DNA from: an uncultured Acidobacteriota bacterium
GTDB taxonomy: Bacteria > Acidobacteriota > Thermoanaerobaculia > Multivoradales > UBA5704
Length of the DNA stretch: 64,000 nt
Assembly (NCBI GenBank): GCA_963770895.1
Contig: CAVYRF010000002.1
Span: 3,072,001 to 3,136,000 of the forward strand
Reading direction: 5' to 3'
The translations under genes and the position numbers were made by a program. This document shows positions 36,251 through 46,166 of this stretch, one piece after another. The notes beneath the pieces were generated by a model. The model ran no database searches. It was not told the DNA's origin and saw nothing but the letters and a program-made list of their open reading frames with translations. Numbering within the stretch: the stretch's first letter is position 1; every line of letters begins with the position of its first letter.

Positions 36251-37603
36251 ATGCAGGCTGCCATTGTCGCCGTCGGCTCCGAGCTGCTCGGCAGCGACCG
36301 GGTGGACACCAACTCGCTGCGCCTGACGGAGATGCTGGCGCGCCACGGCGTCGAGCTGCGGCGCAAGGCGGTCATCGGCGACGTCGAAGCCGACATCGCC
36401 GACGAGCTGCGCGACATCCTGCCGCGGCTGGACCTGGTGCTGATCAGCGGCGGGCTCGGGCCGACCGCCGACGACGTGACGCGCGAAGCGGTGGCGGCGG
36501 CGGTGGGACAGCCGCTGGAGCTCGACTCCCAGGCCCTGGCCGGCATCGAGCGCCGCTTCCAGCGGCTGGGCTGGCCCATGCCGCAGGTGAATCGCAAGCA
36601 GGCGCTGGTGGTCGCCGGCGCGGAGGTGCTGGCCAATCGCTTCGGCAGCGCGCCCGGAATGCGCCTGGCGGCGGGCCGCGCGACGCTGTTTCTCTTTCCC
36701 GGCGTGCCGGCGGAGCTGGCGGGGATGAGCGCCGAGCACCTGGAGCCGTGGCTGGCGGCGCGGTCCGGCGGCGCCAGCCGCGAAACCGCGGTGCTCAAGA
36801 TCGCCGGCCTTCCCGAATCGATGGTGGAAGAGCTGATCGCCCCCGCCTACGCGGAGTTCGGCCGCGAATCGATCACCATCCTGGCCAAGCCCGGCGACGT
36901 GCGCCTGCTCGCCACCGCCGCGGGGCCGCCCGCCGAACGCGCCCAACGGCTGGCGGCGATGACGGCGCGCCTGGCGGCGCTGGCCGGCGACGCGGTCTAC
37001 GCCCGGCGCGAAGAGGACACCCTGGAAGGCGTCGTCGGCGAGCTGCTGCGAGCGGCGGGCGCCAGCCTGGCGGTGGCCGAATCCTGCACCGGCGGCCTGC
37101 TCGGCGAGCGTCTGACCCGCGTCGCCGGCAGCAGCGACTACTTTGTCGGCGGCGCCGTCACCTACAGCGACCGGCTGAAAACCGCCATGCTGGCGGTGCC
37201 GGCGGAGCTGATCGCGGGGCAAGGCGCGGTCTCCGAAGCCGTGGCGCGGGCGATGGCGCAGGGGGTGTGCAGCGCCCTCGGCGCCGACTACGGCGCCGCC
37301 ATCACCGGCATCGCCGGTCCCGGCGGCGGCAGCCCGGACAAGCCGGTCGGCACCGTGCACGTGGCGGTGGCGGGTCCGCCGCCGGCGCCCGGCCAGCCGG
37401 CGGTCGACCATCGCCGCCTGCGGCTGCCGGGGGACCGCGAGCGCGTGCGCTGGCAGGCCACCCAGATCACGCTCGACATGCTGCGGCGGCGCCTGGTGGC
37501 GGCGGCGGCGCGTACCGCCGTGACCGCAGCCCCCATCCCGTTCGCCTCGCCCGCCGCTCCTCAGCCGGCGGATCCGGCGGCGGCGGCCGGCCGGCGGTCA
37601 TGA
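36251..37603 (+). CDS. cinA: Competence/damage-inducible protein A (MoCF-like domain plus NMN deamidase)
   Basis: VGSELL, DTNS, SGGLGPTADDVT, AESCTGG, GSSDYF, GAVSE and TGIAGPGGG..KPVGTV. Confidence 0.95.
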   Translation: MQAAIVAVGSELLGSDRVDTNSLRLTEMLARHGVELRRKAVIGDVEADIADELRDILPRLDLVLISGGLGPTADDVTREAVAAAVGQPLELDSQALAGIERRFQRLGWPMPQVNRKQALVVAGAEVLANRFGSAPGMRLAAGRATLFLFPGVPAELAGMSAEHLEPWLAARSGGASRETAVLKIAGLPESMVEELIAPAYAEFGRESITILAKPGDVRLLATAAGPPAERAQRLAAMTARLAALAGDAVYARREEDTLEGVVGELLRAAGASLAVAESCTGGLLGERLTRVAGSSDYFVGGAVTYSDRLKTAMLAVPAELIAGQGAVSEAVARAMAQGVCSALGADYGAAITGIAGPGGGSPDKPVGTVHVAVAGPPPAPGQPAVDHRRLRLPGDRERVRWQATQITLDMLRRRLVAAAARTAVTAAPIPFASPAAPQPADPAAAAGRRS

Positions 37604-38220
37604 GGCTGTTCGTTGCCCTGGAGGTCCCCGAGCCGGTGCGGCGCGAGGTGCGGCGGCGCGTCGCCGGGTTGCGCGAGCGGCTGCCGCGGGCGCGGTGGGT
37701 GGACCCCGAAGTGCTGCACCTGACGCTGGCGTTTCTCGGTGAAACCGCGCCGGAACGGGCGGCCGGGCTGGCCGGCGGGCTCGCCGCCGCGTTTGCCGCC
37801 TGGCCGCCGATGACGCTGCGCCTGGCCGAAGCCGGCACGTTTCCCGCCGGCCGGCCGGCGCGGGTCGCCTGGGTGGGGGTCGAGGCGCCGCCCCAGCTGG
37901 CGCCGCTGCAGGCGGCGGTGGCGGCGGCGGTGCGCGAAGCGACCGGGCAGGTGCCGGACGACGGCCGCCCCTACCGGCCGCACGTCACCCTGGCGCGCTG
38001 CCCCGCGCCCTGGCCGCTGGGGGCGGCCGACAAGTTCGTGGCGGCGTTCCCAGCCGAGATCGGGCCGCCCTTCCAGGTCGCCCACGGCGTGCTGGTCGAA
38101 AGCCGGCTGTCGCCCAGGGGGCCGAGCTACCGCACCCTGGCGGAGCTACCGCTGGCCGCGGGTGAAGGCCGCGCGGATGCCGCGGCTGCCGGAGCTGCCG
38201 GAGATGGTAGCGGCCGATGA
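37600..38220 (+). CDS. thpR: RNA 2',3'-cyclic phosphodiesterase (2H family)
   Basis: MRLFVAL, and the two 2H motifs HLTLAFLG and PHVTLAR. Confidence 0.93.
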   Translation: MRLFVALEVPEPVRREVRRRVAGLRERLPRARWVDPEVLHLTLAFLGETAPERAAGLAGGLAAAFAAWPPMTLRLAEAGTFPAGRPARVAWVGVEAPPQLAPLQAAVAAAVREATGQVPDDGRPYRPHVTLARCPAPWPLGAADKFVAAFPAEIGPPFQVAHGVLVESRLSPRGPSYRTLAELPLAAGEGRADAAAAGAAGDGSGR

Positions 38221-38987
38221 GCGTCGGTGACATCGGAGCAGGCGGCGGCGTGGTCGGCGGCGGCCAGGTGCTGACCGCGCTGGCGGTGGTGGCGGGTGCC
38301 TATCTGCTGGGCTCGATCCCGTTCAGCTATCTGATCGTCAAGATCGTCAAGGGCCGCGACGTGCGCACCGTCGGCAGCGGCAACGCCGGCGCCACCAACG
38401 TCATGCGCGCCGCCGGCAAGGGGGCGGGCGCCGCCGCCCTGCTGCTGGACTGCGGCAAGGGGATCGCCGCCGTGGTCGTGGCGCGCGCGCTGGGGGCGTC
38501 GCCGGCGGCGGTGGGGGGGGCGGCGGTGGCGGTCGTCGTCGGGCACGTCTTCCCGTGTTTCCTGGGTTTTCGCGGCGGCAAGGGGGTGGCCACCGCCGCC
38601 GGCGTGCTGGGCGCCCTGGCGCCGGCGGTGCTGGCGATCGACCTGGTGCTGTTCGTGGCGGTGGTGGCCTGGCGGCGCTACATCTCGCTGGGGTCGATCG
38701 TCGCGGCGGCGGCGTTTCCGCTGCTGCTGGCCGCCGGCCAGGCGCTGCACTGGCCGGCGCTCGCCGGGGTTTCCGGGGCCGCCGGCAGCGGCGGCGGCTG
38801 GACGGTGGCGGCGGCTGCCGCCATCGCGGTGCTGATCGCGGTGCGCCACCGGGCGAACCTGGAACGGTTGCGCCGCGGCGTCGAGCCGCGGCTGGGGGCG
38901 CGGCCGGCGGCAGGGCCGCCGCTGCCGGAGCAAGCCGCGCCCACCGCGCCCGCCGCGCCATCGACAGCGGCGGACGGCCGGCGATGA
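38217..38987 (+). CDS. plsY: Glycerol-3-phosphate acyltransferase
   Basis: YLLGSIP, GSGNAGATNVMR, GHVFP, FRGGKGVAT and RHRANLERL. Confidence 0.95.
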   Translation: MSVGDIGAGGGVVGGGQVLTALAVVAGAYLLGSIPFSYLIVKIVKGRDVRTVGSGNAGATNVMRAAGKGAGAAALLLDCGKGIAAVVVARALGASPAAVGGAAVAVVVGHVFPCFLGFRGGKGVATAAGVLGALAPAVLAIDLVLFVAVVAWRRYISLGSIVAAAAFPLLLAAGQALHWPALAGVSGAAGSGGGWTVAAAAAIAVLIAVRHRANLERLRRGVEPRLGARPAAGPPLPEQAAPTAPAAPSTAADGRR

Positions 38988-40006
38988 GGCGCGTCGGCAT
39001 CCTGGGCGCGGGCTCGTGGGGCACGGCGCTGGCCGTCCACCTGGCCGGCGCCGGCGGCCACGAGGTGTGCCTGTGGGCGCGCAGCGACCAGCTGGCGCGC
39101 CAGATGGCGGAGCGGCGCGCCAATCCCGACTACCTGCCGGGCGTCGAGATCCCGGCGCGCGTGGCGCTGACTTCGGCGATGGCCGACCTGGCCGGCAGCG
39201 ACGTGGTGCTGCTGGTGGTGCCTTCGCACGGCTTCCGGGAGGTGCTGCGGCAGTTCCTGGTCACCGCCTGGCCGCGCTCGTCGCGGCCGCTGGCGCTGGT
39301 GTCGGCGACCAAGGGGATCGAAACCGAAACGCTGGCGCGCATGAGCCAGGTGGCGGCCGAGGAGACGCAGAGGGTGGGCCAGCCGCTGCGCTTTGCCGCG
39401 CTCGCCGGCCCCAGCTTCGCCCCCGAGCTGGCGCGCGGCGTCCCCTCGGCGGTGGTGATCGCCTCTGAAGACGCCTCCCTGGCGACCGAGATCCGCGAGG
39501 CGCTGTCGACGCCGACGATGCGCCTCTATTCCGCCGCCGACGTGGCCGGGGTGGAGCTGGGGGGGGCCAGCAAGAACGTCATCGCCATCGCCGCCGGCGT
39601 GGTCAGCGGGCTGGGCCTGGGCCACAACACGCTCGCCGCCCTGATCACCCGCGGCCTGCACGAGATCACCCGGCTGGGGGTGGCTTGCGGCGGCGAGCCG
39701 CGCACCTTCGCCGGCCTTGCCGGCCTGGGCGACCTGGTGCTGACCTGCACCGGCGCCCTGTCGCGCAACCGCAACACCGGCATCGAGCTGGCCGCCGGCA
39801 AGACCCGCGCCGAGATCACCGGCGAGACGCAGATGGTCGCCGAGGGCATCCGCAACAGCCTGGCGATCGCCCGCCTGGCGGCCTCGCGCGGCGTCGAGAT
39901 GCCGATCACCGAACAGATGGTGGCGGTGATCTACGAAGGCAAGGACCCGCGCCGCGCCGTCGAGGAGTTGATGAACCGCGGCCTGAAGGCCGAAGCGCAA
40001 CTATGA
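38984..40006 (+). CDS. gpsA: NAD(P)H-dependent glycerol-3-phosphate dehydrogenase
   Basis: [30 protein letters not shown] and GLGDLVLTC...SRN. Confidence 0.96.
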   Translation: MRRVGILGAGSWGTALAVHLAGAGGHEVCLWARSDQLARQMAERRANPDYLPGVEIPARVALTSAMADLAGSDVVLLVVPSHGFREVLRQFLVTAWPRSSRPLALVSATKGIETETLARMSQVAAEETQRVGQPLRFAALAGPSFAPELARGVPSAVVIASEDASLATEIREALSTPTMRLYSAADVAGVELGGASKNVIAIAAGVVSGLGLGHNTLAALITRGLHEITRLGVACGGEPRTFAGLAGLGDLVLTCTGALSRNRNTGIELAAGKTRAEITGETQMVAEGIRNSLAIARLAASRGVEMPITEQMVAVIYEGKDPRRAVEELMNRGLKAEAQL

Positions 40007-40046
40007 GAGCCGCCCCGCCCGGGCAATCCGCCAGGAGGTCCCCGTC

Positions 40047-41741
40047 ATGATCGACGCCCCGCAATCCACCCCCGGCGCCGCTGGCGCCGGCACCACGGCG
40101 CCCGCGCATGCCGGCGCTGACCCGACCGCGCCGGCGCCCGCCGGCACTGACCCGACCGCGCCGGCGCACGCCGGCGCGAGGCAGGCCGCGCCCGCCGCCG
40201 GCGGTGCGCACCAGACCGTGCTGATCCTGGATTTTGGCAGCCAGTTCACTCAGCTGATCGCTCGCCGGGTGCGCGAAAGCCGTGTCTACAGCGAGGTCCA
40301 TCCGTTCAGTCTGTCCATTGCCGAGATCCGCCGCCGGCGCCCCATCGGCATCATCCTGTCTGGCGGTCCGCAGAGCGTCTACGAAGAGGGCGCGCCGCAC
40401 GCGGCGCCCGAGCTGTTCGATCTCGGCATCCCGGTGCTCGGCATCTGCTACGGCATGCAGGCGATGGCGCACGTGCTGGGCGGCGCCGTCGAATCGTCCA
40501 GCCGCCGCGAATACGGGCGCGCCGAAGTGGAGGTGGAAGCTCCCGGGCAGCTGTTTGCCGGCCTCGGCACGCGCGAGACGGTGTGGATGAGCCACGGCGA
40601 CCGCGTGCGCCAGGCGCCGCCGGGGTGTCTGGTCACCGCCCGCAGCGAGAACGCCGGCATCGTCGGCTTCGAGGACAGCGCGCGCGGCTGGTACGCCATC
40701 CAGTTCCACCCCGAGGTGTCGCACACCGTGGCGGGCAGCGACATCCTGCGCAACTTCCTGTATGGCGCCTGCGGCGCGGCCGGCGACTGGCGGATGGCGG
40801 CGTTCGTCGACGAGGCGGTGGCGGCGGTGCGGCGCCAGGTGGGCGAGGCGCGGGTGGTGTGCGCGCTGTCGGGCGGCGTCGATTCGTCGGTCGTCGCGGC
40901 GCTGCTGCACCGGGCGATCGGCGACCGCATGGCGGCGATCTTCGTCGACACCGGGGTGCTGCGCAAGGACGAGCGCGAGCAGGTGATGCGCAGCCTGCAC
41001 GACGGGCTCGCCGTGCCGGTGCAGGCGGTGGACGCAGGGGCGCGCTTTCTGCAGGCCCTGGCCGGCATCGAGGACCCCGAGGCGAAGCGGCGCACCATCG
41101 GCCGCGTGTTCATCGACGTCTTCCGGCAGGAAGCGCGGGCCATCCCCGACGCACGCTTCCTGGCGCAGGGGACGCTCTATCCGGACGTCATCGAATCGGT
41201 GTCGATCAAGGGGCCGTCGGCGGTGATCAAGTCGCACCACAACGTCGGCGGCCTGCCCGCCGAGCTGGGCTTCGAGCTGGTCGAGCCGCTGCGCGCGCTG
41301 TTCAAGGACGAGGTGCGCCAGCTGGGCCGCGAGCTGGGGCTGCCGGACGCCCTGATCGCGCGCCACCCCTTCCCCGGTCCCGGTCTGGCGGTGCGCATCC
41401 TGGGCGAGGTGACGGCGGAGCGCGTGGCCCTGCTGCAGGAGGCCGACGCCATCTTCCTGCACGAGCTGCGCGAAAGCGGCTGGTACGGCAAGGTGAGCCA
41501 GGCTTTCGCGGTGCTGCTGCCGGTCAAGACCGTCGGCGTGATGGGCGACTTCCGCACCTATGAGTCGGTGGTGGCGCTGCGCTCGGTGGACACCCAGGAC
41601 TTCATGACCGCCGATTGGAGCCATCTCCCCCACGACCTGCTGGGGCGGGTGGCCAACCGCATCGTCAACGAAGTGCGCGGCGTCAACCGCGTGGTCTACG
41701 ACGTCACCAGCAAGCCGCCGGCGACGATCGAGTGGGAGTAG
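40047..41741 (+). CDS. guaA: GMP synthase (glutamine-hydrolysing)
   Basis: [40 protein letters not shown] and KPPATIEWE. Confidence 0.98.
   Translation: MIDAPQSTPGAAGAGTTAPAHAGADPTAPAPAGTDPTAPAHAGARQAAPAAGGAHQTVLILDFGSQFTQLIARRVRESRVYSEVHPFSLSIAEIRRRRPIGIILSGGPQSVYEEGAPHAAPELFDLGIPVLGICYGMQAMAHVLGGAVESSSRREYGRAEVEVEAPGQLFAGLGTRETVWMSHGDRVRQAPPGCLVTARSENAGIVGFEDSARGWYAIQFHPEVSHTVAGSDILRNFLYGACGAAGDWRMAAFVDEAVAAVRRQVGEARVVCALSGGVDSSVVAALLHRAIGDRMAAIFVDTGVLRKDEREQVMRSLHDGLAVPVQAVDAGARFLQALAGIEDPEAKRRTIGRVFIDVFRQEARAIPDARFLAQGTLYPDVIESVSIKGPSAVIKSHHNVGGLPAELGFELVEPLRALFKDEVRQLGRELGLPDALIARHPFPGPGLAVRILGEVTAERVALLQEADAIFLHELRESGWYGKVSQAFAVLLPVKTVGVMGDFRTYESVVALRSVDTQDFMTADWSHLPHDLLGRVANRIVNEVRGVNRVVYDVTSKPPATIEWE
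40110..40169 (+). repeat. 30-bp tandem duplication in the guaA N-terminal extension
   Basis: Encodes [10 protein letters not shown] / [10 protein letters not shown], and the two units differ at two bases. Confidence 0.85.
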
Positions 41742-41805
41742 GCCGGGCCTTCGCCGGGTTCGGGCGGCGTGCGGCGCCGGCCGGGCTCCAGACGTAGCCT
41801 CTCTG

Positions 41806-43059
41806 CTAGTCCCGCGCTGACGGCGCGGGCGAAGGCTCCGGCGGCACGACCGGTGCGGGTGGCGCCGGCTGGGCCGCCGGTGCCGGCGGCGCCGTCGCAA
41901 CCGCCGGCGGGCCGGCGGCGGGCGGCGCGGCAGATCCCGCGGGCGCTGCCGTGGCCGGCGCCGCGGTGGGCGGTGGCGCCGCTTCGGCCGCCGGCGGGCG
42001 CGCCGCTGCCGCCGGACGCAGCGCCAGGCGCACCATCTTGTCGGGGTTCTTGCGCAGCTCGAAGGCCAGCTTTTCGGCGATCGCGCTTTGCAGGCGGGTG
42101 CGCTCGGCGGCGGCCAGGCGCGCGGCGTCGATCCAGCCGCCGGCGGTGCGGCCGTGACCGCCGCCCTTGCCGCGGCGGCCGATCAGCCGGCGCATCAGCC
42201 CGCCGGCGTCGGCGCGCGGATTGGTGGTGCGGATGGAAAGGTACATGCGGTCGCCGAAAAAGCCGGTGCACAGCGACCAGGTCTTGCCTTCGAGGCGCAG
42301 CAGCAGGTCGGCGAGCTCGGGCACGATGTCCGGCTGATCGATGGCGCCCAGGTGGGACAGGATGAGCGAATCCACCACCTCCAGCCGCTCCAGCGCCTCG
42401 TGCAGGCTGCCGAAATAGCTCAGCGGCAGGCGCGGATTGAGGATGCGCGCCAGCAGGCGGTGGTTGGCCAGGGCGAAGAACTGGTCGTAGACCGCCTTGT
42501 CGGGGCCGGTGAACTCGCGCGAAAAATCCTGCGTTTCGGAGCGGATGGCGTAGATGAGCGCGGTGGCCAGGGCGTGCGTCGGCACCAGGCCCGCCGCCTC
42601 CATGTATTCGCCCAGGATGGTGGCGGTGGCGCCGTAGGCCGGCCGCACGTCGATGCACCGGGTGCCCAGCGTCGTCTTGCGCAGCGGATGGTGGTCGATC
42701 ACCAGGTCGGGCACGATGTCGGCCGGCAGCTGGTTGTTGCCGGTGCGCGGTTGGGTGTCGACCAGGGCGAAGTGCTGGTAGCGCCGCAGGCTCAGGCGGC
42801 GGACGTGGCTCGCCTGGAGGTGCAGGCTGCGCACCATCTCGCGGTTTTCGGCGCGGCCGATGATGCCGCCGTACGCGGCCGTCGCGCGCTGCTTGAAGGC
42901 GCGGCGCAGCACGGTGCAGAGCAGCAGGGCGGAGGCCAGGGCGTCGGGGTCGGGGTTGTCGTGCGTCAGCACCAGCCAGCGGCCGGTGCTCCCCGCGCCG
43001 GCGCCGCCGAACCGCTCGCGCAGCGCCGCCAGCCGCTCTCGCGTAACCTCTGGAACCAT
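41806..43059 (-). CDS. DHH family phosphoesterase
   Basis: THDNPDPDALAS, LVDTQ, IDHHP, GATATI and GGGHG motifs. Confidence 0.9.
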   Translation of the reverse strand: MVPEVTRERLAALRERFGGAGAGSTGRWLVLTHDNPDPDALASALLLCTVLRRAFKQRATAAYGGIIGRAENREMVRSLHLQASHVRRLSLRRYQHFALVDTQPRTGNNQLPADIVPDLVIDHHPLRKTTLGTRCIDVRPAYGATATILGEYMEAAGLVPTHALATALIYAIRSETQDFSREFTGPDKAVYDQFFALANHRLLARILNPRLPLSYFGSLHEALERLEVVDSLILSHLGAIDQPDIVPELADLLLRLEGKTWSLCTGFFGDRMYLSIRTTNPRADAGGLMRRLIGRRGKGGGHGRTAGGWIDAARLAAAERTRLQSAIAEKLAFELRKNPDKMVRLALRPAAAARPPAAEAAPPPTAAPATAAPAGSAAPPAAGPPAVATAPPAPAAQPAPPAPVVPPEPSPAPSARD

Positions 43060-43179
43060 CGGTGGATCTTAGTCCAGTCGCGGCCCGGCCGCACGCCGCG
43101 CGGCGGCCCTCCGGGGCGCCTGGCGGCTGGTGGTACCATTGCGTCTTCGGCCAGGCGCCGGGAGGGTGGAGCGCGGATC

Positions 43180-44052
43180 ATGATCCAGGAGCTTTTTCAC
43201 ATCGGCAGCTTTTCCATCAGCCCGTTCGGGATGATGCTGGTCTGCGCCTTCCTGGCGAGCTACTTCCAGCTGCGGTGGGGAATGCGTCGCCTGGGTATCG
43301 GCGACGAAGAGGACGCGAGCGCCCTGGTGTTCGCCGCCGGCCTGGGCGGCATCGCCGGCGCCAAGGTCTACTACGCGCTGCTCAACATGGACTGGCACGT
43401 GCTGTTCGACCGCTCGGGGCTGGTCTGGTACGGCGGCTTCATCGTCGGCGCGGCGGCGGTGCTGATCGTCATCCGGCGGCGCCGGCTGGCCGCCTGGCCG
43501 CTGCTGGACGCCGCCGTGCCCGCCCTGGCGCTGGGCTACGCGGTGGGGCGCATCGGCTGCTTCCTGGTGGGCGACGACTACGGCCGGCCGAGCAACCTGC
43601 CGTGGGCCGTGGCGTTCCCGGTCGGCCTGCCGCGCACCACCGCCGGCGAGCTGCGCCAGGTCTTCCACCTGGACATCCCGGCGTCGATTTCCGACGAAAC
43701 GCTGCTCAAGGTCCATCCCACGCAGCTCTACGAGACGGGGCTGTGCCTGCTGATCTGGGCGTTCGCCCTGTGGCTGCTGCGCCGGCGGCAGGCGGGCGGC
43801 TGGGCGGCCGCGCCGGGGGTGGTCGGCATGACGATCCTGGGCCTGCTGGCCGTCGAGCGCTTCCTGGTGGAGATGCTGCGCGCCAAGGACGACCGCTTCT
43901 TCGGCAACCTGACGCTGGCGCAGGTGATCAGCCTGGCGCTGCTGGTCCTGGCCGCGGTCCTGGCGCGGCGGCGGGCGCGCCAGGGGGGCGCCGGTGCTCC
44001 CGACGCTCCCGGCGCCGCCCCGCGGCCGCAGCCGAAGGCGGCCCGCCCGTAA
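43180..44052 (+). CDS. lgt: Prolipoprotein diacylglyceryl transferase
   Basis: GLVWYGG, GRIGCFLVGDDYG, HPTQLYE and RFLVEMLR. Confidence 0.93.
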   Translation: MIQELFHIGSFSISPFGMMLVCAFLASYFQLRWGMRRLGIGDEEDASALVFAAGLGGIAGAKVYYALLNMDWHVLFDRSGLVWYGGFIVGAAAVLIVIRRRRLAAWPLLDAAVPALALGYAVGRIGCFLVGDDYGRPSNLPWAVAFPVGLPRTTAGELRQVFHLDIPASISDETLLKVHPTQLYETGLCLLIWAFALWLLRRRQAGGWAAAPGVVGMTILGLLAVERFLVEMLRAKDDRFFGNLTLAQVISLALLVLAAVLARRRARQGGAGAPDAPGAAPRPQPKAARP

Positions 44053-44116
44053 CCGGGCGCGCCGGTGATGGAGCACTAAGGACACGAGCGGGCCGCTCGG
44101 CGCGGCCCTCACGACG

Positions 44117-45064
44117 ATGATTCTTTCCAAGCGCGTGCTGGTGATCGCCGGCTCCGACTCCGGCGCCGGAGCCGGCATCCAGGCCGACCTCAAGACCCTG
44201 GCGGCGCACGGCGTGTACGGCCTGTGCGCGGTCACCGCGGTCACGGCGCAGAACAGCCGCGGCGTGCAGGCGGTCGCCGCGGTGCCGCCGGCCATGGTCG
44301 CCGCGCAGATCGACGCGGTGCTGGCCGACGGCGGCGCCGACGCGATCAAGATCGGCATGCTATGGAACGCGGCGATCGTGCGCACGGTGGCGGAGCGGCT
44401 GCGCGTCCACCTGCCGGCGGCCGGCGCGCCGCTGGCGCCGGCGCGCAGCGGGCGTGCCGCCGCCGGTCCGCGGCGGGTGCCGGTGGTGTTCGATCCGGTC
44501 CTCGCCGCCGGCACCGGCGCGCCGCTGACCGCCGACCTGGCGGAGACGATCGCGGCGATGCTCAGCGAGCTGTTGCCGCTGGTGACCCTGGTGACCCCCA
44601 ACGTCCCCGAGCTGGCGCTGCTGACCGCCCCCGGCGCCGAGAACGCCGCCGCACCCGCCGCCGCCGGCAGCGCGCCGCCGGCGGCCGCCGGCGAGCCGGA
44701 GCGCCTGGCGCAGGCGCGGCGGCTGGCGGCCCGCGGGCCCGCGGTGCTGGCCAAGGGGGGCCACGACCAGGGGACGGGCGGCCAGGTCGTCGACCTGCTG
44801 CTGGTGCCGGGAGGCGCGGGCGGGCAGGGCGAGCAGGTGGTCCGTTTCGCCGCGCCTCGCCTCGCGACTCGCGCGACCCATGGCACCGGCTGTACGCTAT
44901 CCGCAGCGATTGCCGGCCGCCTGGCGGCCGGCGAGCAGCTGGCGGCGGCGGCCGGCGGTGCCATCGGCTACGTGCGGCGCGCCATGCAGGCGGCCGTGCC
45001 GGCCGGCGCCGGTCCCGCCCCGCTCGCCCACTTCTTTGACCGCCAACAGGACTACCGACCGTAG
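44117..45064 (+). CDS. thiD: Hydroxymethylpyrimidine/phosphomethylpyrimidine kinase
   Basis: IAGSDSGAGAGIQADLKT, KIGML, DPV, TPNVPE, KGGH and HGTGCTLS. Confidence 0.95.
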   Translation: MILSKRVLVIAGSDSGAGAGIQADLKTLAAHGVYGLCAVTAVTAQNSRGVQAVAAVPPAMVAAQIDAVLADGGADAIKIGMLWNAAIVRTVAERLRVHLPAAGAPLAPARSGRAAAGPRRVPVVFDPVLAAGTGAPLTADLAETIAAMLSELLPLVTLVTPNVPELALLTAPGAENAAAPAAAGSAPPAAAGEPERLAQARRLAARGPAVLAKGGHDQGTGGQVVDLLLVPGGAGGQGEQVVRFAAPRLATRATHGTGCTLSAAIAGRLAAGEQLAAAAGGAIGYVRRAMQAAVPAGAGPAPLAHFFDRQQDYRP

Positions 45065-45074
45065 GAGCCGTACC

Positions 45075-46115
45075 GTGAACGACCTAGAACCGCTCGATCT
45101 GCTGGTGGTGGGAGCTGGACCCACCGGCATCGCCATCGGCGCCGAAGCTCGGCAGGCCGGCCTGACGGTGTTGCTGGTGGACCGCGGCCCGTTGACCGCC
45201 GCCATCCAGGCCTACCCGACCTTTGTCGAATTCTTCACCACCCGCGACCGGCTGGAGATCGCCGGCATGCCGTTCTCGATCCCCGAAGCCAAACCGTCGC
45301 GCCGCCAGGCGCTGGTGTACTACCGCGGCGTCGTCGAGCGCTACGCCATCCCGCTGGCGCTCTACGAAAACGTCCTGGACGTCCAGCGCCGCGGCGACGG
45401 CTTCGTGGCGCGCACCGAGCGGCTGGCCGAGCCGGGGGTGGTGCGCGAACGGCGCGCGCGGGCGGTGGCGATCGCCACCGGCTACTTCGACGGGGTGAAG
45501 CGGCTGGGCGTGCCGGGTGAGGAGCAGGCCTGGGTGCGCCACCGGTACGTCGAGCCCTATCCCTTTTTCAACCAGGACGTGGTGATCGTCGGCGCCGGCA
45601 ACACCGCGGCCGAGGCGGCCGTGGACCTGTGGCGCAACGGCGCCAGGGTCACCCTGGTGCACCGGCGCGAGCACCTCAAGCAGGGCGTCAAGTACTGGCT
45701 CAAGCCGGACGTGGAGAACCGCATCGGCGAGGGTTCGATCCGCGCCCGCTTCCAGTCGGTGGTGCGCTCGTTCGGCCACGAAACCGTCGAGATCACCACC
45801 CCCGGCGGCGACGAGTCGCTGCCGGCGCAGGCGGCCTTCGTGCTCATCGGCTACGTGCCCGACGCCGCGTTCCAGAGCCGCTGCGGCGTCGACGTCGACC
45901 CGGCGACGCTGGTGCCCAGCTTCGACCCCGACACCTGCGAAACCAACGTGCCCGGCCTCTACGTCGCCGGCACCATCCAGGCGGGGCGCAGCATCGACCG
46001 CATCTTCATCGAGAACTCCCGCGAGCACGGTCCCAAGATCGTGCGCCACCTGCGCGAACGCCTGTCCGGCAGCCCGGCCGGCGCGCCGCAGCCGGCGCTC
46101 AGCACCGCGGGGTAG
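45075..46115 (+). CDS. YpdA-like FAD-dependent disulfide reductase (putative bacillithiol disulfide reductase)
   Basis: GAGPTG, YPTFVEFFTT..RLEI, ALVYYR, ATGYFD, VKYWLKPDVENRI and FIENSREHG. No CxxC motif. Confidence 0.85.
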   Translation: MNDLEPLDLLVVGAGPTGIAIGAEARQAGLTVLLVDRGPLTAAIQAYPTFVEFFTTRDRLEIAGMPFSIPEAKPSRRQALVYYRGVVERYAIPLALYENVLDVQRRGDGFVARTERLAEPGVVRERRARAVAIATGYFDGVKRLGVPGEEQAWVRHRYVEPYPFFNQDVVIVGAGNTAAEAAVDLWRNGARVTLVHRREHLKQGVKYWLKPDVENRIGEGSIRARFQSVVRSFGHETVEITTPGGDESLPAQAAFVLIGYVPDAAFQSRCGVDVDPATLVPSFDPDTCETNVPGLYVAGTIQAGRSIDRIFIENSREHGPKIVRHLRERLSGSPAGAPQPALSTAG

Positions 46116-46166
46116 GATGCACGAAAATACCGGGCCTCGGCTTGTTGCCCGTTTTTGGAGACTTCC

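Noticed and set aside
46131-46156. Hairpin plus T-tract after the ypdA-like gene as an intrinsic terminator
   Set aside because: The stem is only 5 bp with an 11-nt loop and abuts the next gene's RBS, which is too weak to call.
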